The notes beneath the pieces were generated by a model. That model was not told the DNA's origin. It did not search any database and saw only the letters and a program-made list of their open reading frames with translations. A stretch of 64,000 bases of DNA, taken from Candidatus Omnitrophota bacterium. Lineage in GTDB: Bacteria > Omnitrophota > Gorgyraeia > Duberdicusellales > 4484-171. The position numbers and the translations under genes are program-made. Below are positions 7,216 to 15,422 of this stretch, piece after piece; position 1 is the first letter of the stretch, and each line of letters starts with the position of its first letter. The stretch covers positions 32,342 through 96,341 of the forward strand of contig JAFGQU010000016.1 of the NCBI GenBank assembly GCA_016935525.1. The letters run 5' to 3'.

Positions 7216-9666
7216 ATGAATAGGAGATCAAAAAATATCAGAATAGGTGTGAAAATATTTATTTTCGCGGTAGTGATCATCAGTATCGCCGGTATCCATC
7301 CGGTCTTGTGCGCCGATAAAGGCGAAGAAGCGTTTTATGTCGCGGAAAAAGCGTATATGGATAAGTTTTACCAGGCCAGCGGTACTCTGTTTGAAAAGTT
7401 TATTCAGGATTTCCCGCAAAACAACCGGGTCGTGACGGCCCAGCTGTATATCGCTAAATCGCTCTATTTTCAGGAACAGTACGTGAAAGCGCTGAATATG
7501 TTAGAACAGTTAAAACGTGACCCGAAAGCGAAAAGTATCGCCGATCAGGTCGATTATTGGTTAGGACAGGTATCGTTCCAGGGGAAAAATTTTACCCAGG
7601 CGCTCGAATATGCCCAGAAGATCGTCGATACTTATCCTGATTCGCCGCTACGGGGATGGGGATATTATCTTGCCGCGGAATGTTATGCCCAGTTAGGCGA
7701 ATATGATGAAAGTGAAAAAACGCTTAAACTGATCCTGGACGAAAGTCAGGACCAGAAACTTATCGAAAAAGCCGTCCTGGACCTCCTTGAGACGTATTAT
7801 GTCCAGCAAAACTATACCGCGCTCGTGAGTGAAGCCGAACGGTTAGAGGAGCGCCTGGTGACCGATGAAGCGAAATCGCAGTTATTGTTTTATAAAGGCG
7901 AAGGCCTGTACGGCCGGGGAGATTTTGCGTTAGCAAAAGAAGTATTTGAGAAAGGGTTGAAATTCTCATCCGCAGAGAACCTGACCGACCTCTATTTACA
8001 GCGGTTAGGCGATTGCCTGTTCGCTCTGGGGAATGCCGCGCAGGCGAAACTCCAGTACGATAAGATAACGTCTTCCGAGATCAGCAGTTATTCGTTTGTC
8101 ACCTATTATCGTAACCTGAAACAGTGCCAGGATGTGCTTTCAAAAAGCGCGGACTTTATTGCCGGGTTTCCTTACAGTAAATATGTCCCCCAGGTATATC
8201 TTTATCAAGCCGATTGTCTGTATGAGACCGGCCGGATCCAGGATGCGCTCGGTATATATCAGAAGATCCTTACCGAACTGAGTGATTCCTCACCCCGTAA
8301 CGTCATCGATCAGGCTCATTACGGCCTGGCCTGGTGTTACCTGAAAATAGGAGAGTTCAAAAAAGCGATCGACGAGTTCAAAAATACCATCCAGTTTACG
8401 GCTAATTCGATCGTACGGATAAGTTCTCAGATCCAGATCGCCGACGCGTACCAGGAAAAAGAGATGCATGAAGCGGCGCTCCAGACCTATAACCAGATCC
8501 TTAAAGAATACCCTAATAACGTGTATTCCGATTATATCCAGTTCCAGATCGGGATGATCTTTCTCAGGAACGACCGGCTGGAAGAGGCGAAGTTCAGTTT
8601 TAAGAATTTAGAGAAAAACTTTCCTGAATCGAAATTGATCCCGCAGGCCCGTTATTATCTTGCCGCGAGCTATTTTTCCGAAGGGAACTATCCGGCCGCT
8701 CAGGATATTCTCGATGATTTTCCTAAAGATTTTCCCGGGAATAACCTCAGTGATCGGGCGCGGTATCTTTACGGGAAATGCGAGTTTAATCAGGGTAAAT
8801 ATAATGATGCGTTGGATATTTTTCAGAACCTTATTAAAACTACCGTCGATAACGAACTGAAACAGGTGATATGGATCGATACCGCGTACGTGTATATCAA
8901 TCTTAATAAATATGACCAGGCAAAAAACACGCTCGGGGAGTTTACCCAGCGGTTTAAACGGTCCCGTTACCTGCCTTCGGTACTGCTTAATCTCGGCAGC
9001 CTGTATGAACGGGAACGCGACCCGGTGAAAGCGAAAAAATATTATACCGAGATCGTCGAGAACTATTCCGGTCATTCGCTGATGTATGAGGCGAAACTCG
9101 CGTTAGCCCATCTGTCCTGGCAGGAAGGCGATCTGACCGGTGCCAAAAAATATCTTCAGGAATTGATCAACAGCACCAATACGACCGCGAAACAACGGGC
9201 GACTCTTTCTCTGGCGGATATCTACGCTCAAAACGGCGATACCCAGGAAGCGTTTAAACTTTATGAAGAACTGATCAAACTGGACGGGAACTTCAGTAAA
9301 GCGGCCCTGGCAAAAAAAGGGATGTTACTTAAAGAGACGAACCGTTACGCCGAAGCCGTGACTACTATCCGCCGGGCCCTTGAACGCGGGATAAAAGACC
9401 CGCAACTGCATTTCGCGTTAGGGTATTCTCTGGAAAAGATGAATGCCGCCAAAGAGGCGCTCGCGGAATATTTTAAGATCATATATCTTTATGATGAACT
9501 CAAGTATAAAGTAAAAGCGTATTTCCGTATTGCCAAGATCTACGAAGATCAGAACCGCCTGGTCCAGGCCCGGGAGATGTATGAAAAGGTCATCGGCTTA
9601 AACGCGGAAGAGGCGAAGATCGCGAAGTTAAGGATCGAAGAGATAGATACACAGTTGGGGAAATAA
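7216..9666 (+). CDS. Secreted/periplasmic TPR-repeat protein (YbgF/Tol-Pal-associated type)
   Basis: 816 aa; N-terminal signal/TM IFIFAVVIISIAG; many TPR-like helical repeats; sits upstream of exbB-exbD. Confidence 0.65.
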   Translation: MNRRSKNIRIGVKIFIFAVVIISIAGIHPVLCADKGEEAFYVAEKAYMDKFYQASGTLFEKFIQDFPQNNRVVTAQLYIAKSLYFQEQYVKALNMLEQLKRDPKAKSIADQVDYWLGQVSFQGKNFTQALEYAQKIVDTYPDSPLRGWGYYLAAECYAQLGEYDESEKTLKLILDESQDQKLIEKAVLDLLETYYVQQNYTALVSEAERLEERLVTDEAKSQLLFYKGEGLYGRGDFALAKEVFEKGLKFSSAENLTDLYLQRLGDCLFALGNAAQAKLQYDKITSSEISSYSFVTYYRNLKQCQDVLSKSADFIAGFPYSKYVPQVYLYQADCLYETGRIQDALGIYQKILTELSDSSPRNVIDQAHYGLAWCYLKIGEFKKAIDEFKNTIQFTANSIVRISSQIQIADAYQEKEMHEAALQTYNQILKEYPNNVYSDYIQFQIGMIFLRNDRLEEAKFSFKNLEKNFPESKLIPQARYYLAASYFSEGNYPAAQDILDDFPKDFPGNNLSDRARYLYGKCEFNQGKYNDALDIFQNLIKTTVDNELKQVIWIDTAYVYINLNKYDQAKNTLGEFTQRFKRSRYLPSVLLNLGSLYERERDPVKAKKYYTEIVENYSGHSLMYEAKLALAHLSWQEGDLTGAKKYLQELINSTNTTAKQRATLSLADIYAQNGDTQEAFKLYEELIKLDGNFSKAALAKKGMLLKETNRYAEAVTTIRRALERGIKDPQLHFALGYSLEKMNAAKEALAEYFKIIYLYDELKYKVKAYFRIAKIYEDQNRLVQAREMYEKVIGLNAEEAKIAKLRIEEIDTQLGK

Positions 9667-9689
9667 ATATGAATATAGAAATATGTTCA

Positions 9690-9835
9690 CTTACGCTCGC
9701 GAAATACGCCCACAGGGCGAAATAAGTGGCACTTCGTGCCACGAAATACAATTGTATTTCGCGGAGTGAAACGGAGCATATTTCACGAGTGTAGCGAGTA
9801 TATTTCGCAAAACGAAGTGCAGCATATTTCTATAT
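9690..9835. repeat. ~150-nt palindromic GAAATAC/GTATTTCG repeat element, copy 1
   Basis: Centre is a perfect 18-bp palindrome gaaatacaattgtatttc (9743-9760), with an adjacent hairpin gtggcac-ttc-gtgccac; the left arm carries cgaaatac repeats and the right arm tatttcgc repeats; homologous to 33285-33435. Confidence 0.65.
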
Positions 9836-9857
9836 ATTTAAATTAAGGAGGACCCAC

Positions 9858-10490
9858 ATGGTAGAGTTGATTATTAAAGGCGGATGGTTGATGGCTCCGA
9901 TCATTTTGAGTTCGGTGCTTTCTTTGACGATCATGATCGAACGGTTTATCTGTTTTGTCCGTATCCGGCTTAATGTGACGGAACTGCTGAACGAGATCTT
10001 CAGTTATGTCAAAAAGAACCGGATCAAAGAAGCGATAGACCTGTGCGTCAAGAATCCTTCGTATCTTACCAATATCCTGAAAGCCGGCTTGTTTCATTAC
10101 GACCAGTCTAAAGAAATAGTGAAAGAGTCGATGGAAAACGCTTCGTTATATGAAGTGCCCCGGCTGGAAAAGAACCTTAATTTTTTAAGTACCCTGGCGC
10201 ATATTACTCCGCTTCTGGGGCTTCTGGGGACGGTCGTGGGGTTGGTGAAATGTTTTGTGGTCATCGAGCAGAAAGCGATCAGCGTGGGGGTCGTGAACCC
10301 TTCGGATCTGGCCGGAGGGATATGGGAAGCGCTGCTTACTACCGCGGCCGGGCTATGTGTGGCGATCCCTACGTTTTTAGCGTACAATTATTTCGTCCAT
10401 AAGGTGAATATGTATATACTCGCGGCCGAACGGGCAAGCACGGAATTATTGGAAGTGCTTGCCGAAAGAAGTTATAGCAATGAAATTTAA
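9858..10490 (+). CDS. exbB: MotA/TolQ/ExbB proton-channel family protein
   Basis: Three TM segments; LSTLAHITPLLGLLGTVVGLVKCF is the family core; strong SD aaggagg upstream. Confidence 0.85.
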   Translation: MVELIIKGGWLMAPIILSSVLSLTIMIERFICFVRIRLNVTELLNEIFSYVKKNRIKEAIDLCVKNPSYLTNILKAGLFHYDQSKEIVKESMENASLYEVPRLEKNLNFLSTLAHITPLLGLLGTVVGLVKCFVVIEQKAISVGVVNPSDLAGGIWEALLTTAAGLCVAIPTFLAYNYFVHKVNMYILAAERASTELLEVLAERSYSNEI

Positions 10491-10878
10491 AAAACGCCTT
10501 ACCCCCGAAAGCGGGATCAAACAGCTGGAGATCACTCCGTTGCTCGATTGTATTTTCCTTCTGCTTATTTTCTTTATGCTTACTTCTAATTTCATCGTCG
10601 TTCCCGGGATCAATGTGAAGTTGCCTAAAGCCGTAAGCAGTGACGCGGTCAATACGCGTACGGCGACGATCGTGGTATCTTCGGAAAATATCATCTATTT
10701 AGACGGCGAACCGATCAGCCGAAAAGAGCTGGAAGAGTACCTGAAAGCCGGCAATACCGAATCGGTCTTTATCAAGTCCGACCGGGATACCAGTATGGGG
10801 ACGGTAGTGGAGATATGGGATATCTGTAAACGCCTGGGGATAGAAAAAATCGGTATTGCTACCACCTATGGGGATTGA
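10459..10878 (+). CDS. exbD: ExbD/TolR biopolymer transport protein
   Basis: ITPLLDCIFLLLIFFML single TM plus periplasmic domain; an alternative start MKFKKRL at 10480 is plausible. Confidence 0.8.
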   Translation: MPKEVIAMKFKKRLTPESGIKQLEITPLLDCIFLLLIFFMLTSNFIVVPGINVKLPKAVSSDAVNTRTATIVVSSENIIYLDGEPISRKELEEYLKAGNTESVFIKSDRDTSMGTVVEIWDICKRLGIEKIGIATTYGD

Positions 10879-11443
10879 TGGAAGATCCAAACCTTTTTCA
10901 AGAAGGTCTTCTTTGTTCTGGGCGTTTTTTTTCGCTCTGCTTTTTCATATCGTGATCTTTCTGTCGGTCCAGCCGACTCTTTATAAGCAGGATACCCCAG
11001 TGTTGACCAGCTGGTTGGGCTTGTTATCGATAGATGACCTGAAATCGTCTTCTTTGCACAAGAGTCCGCTCAGTAAAGAATTGATTCCGTCCCAGATCTC
11101 TAAAAGTTTTTTCCTGACCTTCCATCCCGACAGCTCAGTTCCCGGGCGGGTACACCAACGCGGGATATTTTCTAAAAAAGAAGCGCTTGCGTATGTATTC
11201 CGGGAAGAGGTCGTGTTATCAAAAGAATTTATTCCGTTTGCGCCGATCACCGATACCGAGTCGAGAGAGCTTATCTATCGGGCCGAAATATCGCCGCAAG
11301 GGCGGGTATTGCTGGTGACTCCGCTGATCTTACCTATCCATGTGAGTACCGAGAATTATGTGGAAGAATACTTAAAATCGTCGTTTTTTCGTCTGGGTGA
11401 AAATGATTTTATCTGGACAAACGTATATTTGGTGATAGAATGA
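10856..11443 (+). CDS. TonB/TolA-like energy-transducer candidate (N-terminal TM anchor, periplasmic C-domain)
   Basis: Position after exbBD; TM segment LFWAFFFALLFHIVIFLSV; no clear Pro-rich linker, so the assignment is tentative. Confidence 0.35.
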   Translation: MLPPMGIDGRSKPFSRRSSLFWAFFFALLFHIVIFLSVQPTLYKQDTPVLTSWLGLLSIDDLKSSSLHKSPLSKELIPSQISKSFFLTFHPDSSVPGRVHQRGIFSKKEALAYVFREEVVLSKEFIPFAPITDTESRELIYRAEISPQGRVLLVTPLILPIHVSTENYVEEYLKSSFFRLGENDFIWTNVYLVIE

Positions 11444-11658
11444 GACTTGATATTGGCCTGCTTTTTGTGTTATTTTTCTGTTTCGAATTAATAATAGTGT
11501 TTGCCAATATCCAGTTCGAGAATTATAGCTTTTTAAAAAGAAGGATCGCGAAAGCTAAAATAGTAAAGTGTGAAGTATGTTCATACGTGTATTTTAATTC
11601 GGCGATAACCGTGTACTCAAAATGCCCAATATGCCAGAGTATCGCAAAAACAACATGA
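11440..11658 (+). CDS. Small membrane zinc-ribbon protein
   Basis: 72 aa; N-terminal TM helix; CEVC ... CPIC pair. Confidence 0.3.
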   Translation: MRLDIGLLFVLFFCFELIIVFANIQFENYSFLKRRIAKAKIVKCEVCSYVYFNSAITVYSKCPICQSIAKTT

Positions 11659-11870
11659 TCACCGAAATCGGGATAGTCGCGGGGGAAATATGGCATTTTC
11701 TTGACCGTAACGGCGAGGTAAATATCGATGTCCTTTTCGCCGGTATTGAACGCCGTCAGGAAGTGGTTCTGATGAGCCTGGGATGGCTCGCCCGGGAAGG
11801 GCATGTCGTTCTCTGGTATATCGACGGAAAATATCAGGTCGGTTTAAGAAAACCCGGCGATGAGTATTAA
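11622..11870 (+). CDS. Hypothetical small protein, winged-helix-like
   Basis: 82 aa ORF continuing the + strand operon; no recognisable catalytic motif. Confidence 0.3.
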   Translation: MPNMPEYRKNNMITEIGIVAGEIWHFLDRNGEVNIDVLFAGIERRQEVVLMSLGWLAREGHVVLWYIDGKYQVGLRKPGDEY

Positions 11871-11950
11871 AATAAAAACTACAGTAAACAAAATCCTGCT
11901 TCTCGTATTGAAAATACACCTGTAAATATTATATAAATATCAGAGGGTCT

Positions 11951-12268
11951 ATGAACAGCACTGCAAAAAAAGGAGTGATTTTAGCGATTACGGCGATCAT
12001 GCTTATCGTCATATCTCTTCTGGCGCTTGTCGCCCTGTTTGTGATGACTCAGGAAGCCCGGGTCGCTGAACATAAGATCAAACGTATCCGGGCTTATTAT
12101 GCCGCCAAAGCCGGCCTGGTCTATGCGTTCGAAATGATCAACCGCGGTTCGGCTACAGTCAATACCGTACCTCCGCTTGATGTCGGGGACGTAACGGTTT
12201 CTTTTTCCGGTACCCCGAATGCCGGCCCCAATGAGACCGATACGCTTTCAGCTACGATCACCTACTGA
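11951..12268 (+). CDS. PilX N-terminal domain protein (type IV pilus minor-pilin associated)
   Basis: KKGVILAITAIMLIVISLLALVALFVMTQEARVAEHKIKRIRAYYAAKAGLVYAFEMI matches the PilX_N architecture (TM helix followed by conserved AYYAAEAG-like segment). Confidence 0.5.
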   Translation: MNSTAKKGVILAITAIMLIVISLLALVALFVMTQEARVAEHKIKRIRAYYAAKAGLVYAFEMINRGSATVNTVPPLDVGDVTVSFSGTPNAGPNETDTLSATITY

Positions 12269-12612
12269 TTCCCCCTTTTTTTACCGCTTACCTTATATAA
12301 TGAGAAGGTTATTCGAAATAGACCGGTTATATCTTGGATAGGGGATACCCTTTTATACGTATTATGGGATATACTGCGTGTGACAGACTGCGGTGAGGCA
12401 GTCGTATGACGTGCTTGCCCCGTTGTGAAACTTATGAGGTGTTGTGTGGCTTGACCTGTGGGTTCTGTGGTGAGATCGCGCTTATGAGGTACGCTTTCGA
12501 GGTATACTCCTCAAGGAGGGTGGGAGCCATTCGGAGGAGGCACAATATATTGTTATAGTAAGCAGGCGGCTACAATATGTATGAGATTATAAGAAAATTA
12601 TAGAGAAATGAC

Positions 12613-12641
12613 TTGACATAGGTTAAGATAACTATTTAAAT
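12613..12641 (+). promoter_or_regulatory. Sigma70-like promoter TTGACA-N17-TTAAAT upstream of the HTH-pilM operon
   Basis: ttgaca at 12613-12618, 17-nt spacer, ttaaat at 12636-12641, about 25 nt before the ATG at 12666. Confidence 0.4.
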
Positions 12642-12665
12642 GTATATATAAAGAAAGTTAACAAT

Positions 12666-12857
12666 ATGAAAAGAAAGAGTGAAAGAGATTTAATGGATGT
12701 TGATGAATTAGCCGAGTATCTGGGGTTGCGCAAGCAGACTATCTATAATTGGCTCCATAAACGTAAGATTTCCGGGATAAAGATCGGGAAAGTCTGGCGT
12801 TTTGAGCGGGATGAGATACAGAACTGGCTCCGGGAACATCGGGTTAAAAAGATATGA
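12666..12857 (+). CDS. Excisionase/MerR-family helix-turn-helix DNA-binding protein
   Basis: 63 aa; LMDVDELAEYLGLRKQTIYNWLHKRKISGIKIGKVWRFERDEI is a typical HTH_17 / excisionase-family signature; its stop overlaps the pilM ATG (ATATGA). Confidence 0.6.
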   Translation: MKRKSERDLMDVDELAEYLGLRKQTIYNWLHKRKISGIKIGKVWRFERDEIQNWLREHRVKKI

Positions 12858-14323
12858 GAGAAATAGGCCTATATTTAGGAAACCAGACCCTTTCGGCTGC
12901 GGCTACCGAAAATAAGAAAGTGATCTCTTTCAGTAATTATAGCCTCAGCGAAAGTGACGCGAAACCTCAGGATAACGAACTTAATTTCGAGGTTTCGCTC
13001 AATAAAGTATCCCGCGAACTGCAGCTCCAGCAAAATGAGACGATAAATCTTGCCATTGCCGATAAAGAATTTATTATCCGTTCGTTTGTGATTCCTTCGA
13101 TGAGCCGTAAAGAGATCGAAAGCAGTATGGAATTCGAGATCGATAAATATATCCCTTTTAAAATGGAGGATCTCGAGTGGAATTACAGTTATGAGCGGAT
13201 TTCCCGGGAAAATAAGATCCTGGTCTCTTTTATCGGGTATAAACGGAAGAATTTCACTCAATATACCGATTCGTTCAACCGGTTGGGGTTTACTCCTAAA
13301 GTGATTGAACCGGGGGGGCTGGCGCTCATGCGTATGGTCAAGAGTATGAGCCAGTATGTGAACCTGAAATGGTATGCCATTTTAGAGGTCGCTCCCAAAC
13401 AGGGAAATATTACGTTCTTTTACAATACGTTACCGGTGTTCAGCCGGGTAGTAAGTGTCGATCATGAGGGTAAAATAGATGCCGCGAAAGTCCTGGAAGA
13501 AACCCGGTTTTCTTTTCAATATTTTAAACGGGAATTTCGCGCCTATGACCTGGAAAAACTGCTCGTGATTACACAAGAAGCTCCTGAAAGTCTCGCGTCT
13601 ATGGGTGAAAGCCTGGAGTTACCGGTCGAATTTATCAATCCCGGTGAGCTGGTCGGCGCCGATCAGGTAGATGTTTCGCGGTTAAAAGCCTATAGTAGTG
13701 CTACTTTTGACCATTTCATCCGCCGGTTTAGTCCTTGTATCAAACTTGAATCTCCTTTTTTAGGGGGAGTGCCGGCAAAAGTCTCACCGTTTCGAACGGC
13801 GATCGCGATCGCGATCGTGGTAGTGGGGGTGGTGATCACTATTTTCATAAATGCTTCGTATCATCGTAAAATAGTCGCTCAGGAAAAGATGCTGGAACAG
13901 AAACAGAAAGAAGTCCAGTTAAGTGACGACTTAAAACGGCAAAATATAAGAAGTATCCGGCGTTATATCGAAGAAAAAGAAAAACAGATCAATGTGTTGG
14001 CGACAAGGACCAAAGCCCGTATCGAAGCAGCTCCGATCCTTAAACAGATAGAACAGGCGGTTTTGGACGGAGCCCAGGGGGTATGGTTGAGTAAGGTTAA
14101 CTTCAACGGCGGCCGGGGCAAAAACGACGCGAATATACGTATTACCGGATATATCTATCTAAACGACCCTAACGAGGAGACGCTCAGTTTAGACCGGCTG
14201 ATGCTTAATTTAAACCGTGACAGTAAGATCAAAGAATCATTTTCCCGTCTGGAATTGGGCGGAAAAGATAAAGAAAGTTACGAAGGATTTGAGGTAACCA
14301 TGTTCCAAATCAAGTTATACTGA
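12854..14323 (+). CDS. pilM: Type IV pilus assembly protein PilM fused to a PilN-like TM plus coiled-coil module
   Basis: The N-terminal ~310 aa have the actin-like PilM pattern (IGLYLGNQ ... KYIPFKMEDLEWNYSY); then a TM helix AIAIAIVVVGVVITIF and a coiled coil as in PilN. Confidence 0.6.
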   Translation: MREIGLYLGNQTLSAAATENKKVISFSNYSLSESDAKPQDNELNFEVSLNKVSRELQLQQNETINLAIADKEFIIRSFVIPSMSRKEIESSMEFEIDKYIPFKMEDLEWNYSYERISRENKILVSFIGYKRKNFTQYTDSFNRLGFTPKVIEPGGLALMRMVKSMSQYVNLKWYAILEVAPKQGNITFFYNTLPVFSRVVSVDHEGKIDAAKVLEETRFSFQYFKREFRAYDLEKLLVITQEAPESLASMGESLELPVEFINPGELVGADQVDVSRLKAYSSATFDHFIRRFSPCIKLESPFLGGVPAKVSPFRTAIAIAIVVVGVVITIFINASYHRKIVAQEKMLEQKQKEVQLSDDLKRQNIRSIRRYIEEKEKQINVLATRTKARIEAAPILKQIEQAVLDGAQGVWLSKVNFNGGRGKNDANIRITGYIYLNDPNEETLSLDRLMLNLNRDSKIKESFSRLELGGKDKESYEGFEVTMFQIKLY

Positions 14324-14832
14324 TGCAACAGCAGATATTACAATTTATCAATGATTATAAAAAAATAGTGGCTGCCGGTTTGATCCTGGTCGTATGTCTG
14401 TTCAGTATCTACCACAATAAGGTCCGTTACCAGGAAAAAGTCAAGGCTTTAGAACGGACAGTCAAAGAGTGGAATGAGAAGATGGCTCTCGGTAAAGATC
14501 TGACCAAGAGAGAACAGACCTACGAAAAGATCAATGAATATTTATTGCGTGACTTTTTCCAGTTAAAACAGATCATCGATGCCGCTGCCCGTAAAGAGAA
14601 CATCGTTTTTAATTCGCTCCGTCAATCATTAAAGGGAGAACAGGAATTGTTTCGTGAAATAAATGTCGAGGTCACCTTATTGGCTTCTTATGATCAGTTG
14701 GTAGACTTTCTCGCGGATCTGGAGAAAAATCCGGCGGTAAGCATGGAACAGTTAAATATAAATTTTAAAAATGACCCGAATGCTCTGGAAATTCAATTGA
14801 ATATAGTAGGGTTGATGAGGAAGACTCAATGA
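14323..14832 (+). CDS. PilO-like pilus assembly protein
   Basis: 169 aa; N-terminal TM; coiled coil; position after pilM/N. Confidence 0.45.
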   Translation: MQQQILQFINDYKKIVAAGLILVVCLFSIYHNKVRYQEKVKALERTVKEWNEKMALGKDLTKREQTYEKINEYLLRDFFQLKQIIDAAARKENIVFNSLRQSLKGEQELFREINVEVTLLASYDQLVDFLADLEKNPAVSMEQLNINFKNDPNALEIQLNIVGLMRKTQ

Positions 14833-15326
14833 GGTTATTCGCATGTATAGTGGCCGTGGTTATTATAGGTAACGGAGTGTCGTTTTTAGCTCAGGCTCAA
14901 CCGGCTCCGGTCAATATTTTTGAACCAAGAATACCGCAAACCAGGAAAACAAAATCAGCGACCACCAGCGAAACGGAGAGTCCTTCAAGGTCTTCGGGTA
15001 CGGTTTCTCAGTCTATGGGCTCCTCCCGCAGTACCAAACGGTTTTCTTCGGAGATAGAAAATGTCCCGGTTGCTCCGGAAAAGATCTCTTTGAATGTCGA
15101 AGGGGTGATCTGGGGTACGATCGTACCGAAGGCGATCATTGACGGCGACATCTACAGCGAAGGAGACCGGGTAATAATCGACGCGGGCAAAAAAGAAGCC
15201 CCGATTTCGGACGCGGTCATCCGCAAGATCGATAAATTAGGGGTGCATGTCGAATATGCCGGGAGGATGTATACTGTGGACGTTGTCGATAAGCCGAGTA
15301 GTAAGAAAAAAAATAAGAAAAAGTAA
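14829..15326 (+). CDS. PilP-like pilus assembly lipoprotein/periplasmic protein
   Basis: 165 aa; signal/TM; Ser/Thr/Pro-rich linker; C-terminal beta-rich domain; immediately upstream of the secretin. Confidence 0.4.
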   Translation: MRLFACIVAVVIIGNGVSFLAQAQPAPVNIFEPRIPQTRKTKSATTSETESPSRSSGTVSQSMGSSRSTKRFSSEIENVPVAPEKISLNVEGVIWGTIVPKAIIDGDIYSEGDRVIIDAGKKEAPISDAVIRKIDKLGVHVEYAGRMYTVDVVDKPSSKKKNKKK

Positions 15327-15422
15327 TCTCGTTCAGCCGGATACATTCATTGATAAATATCTGTCTTAGCTCATTTGTGTTATAAAATGATAGCGAATAA
15401 GATAAAAGAAGGAGGATAATCC

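Noticed and set aside
4396-7280. Multiple minus-strand ORFs (60-175 aa) inside uvrA
   Set aside because: They are antisense to a confidently identified, well-conserved UvrA reading frame, have no motifs and show the low-complexity Arg/Ser-rich composition typical of antisense frames.
8608-9075. 155-aa minus-strand ORF inside the TPR gene
   Set aside because: It is antisense to a long ORF with clear TPR periodicity and has no independent support.
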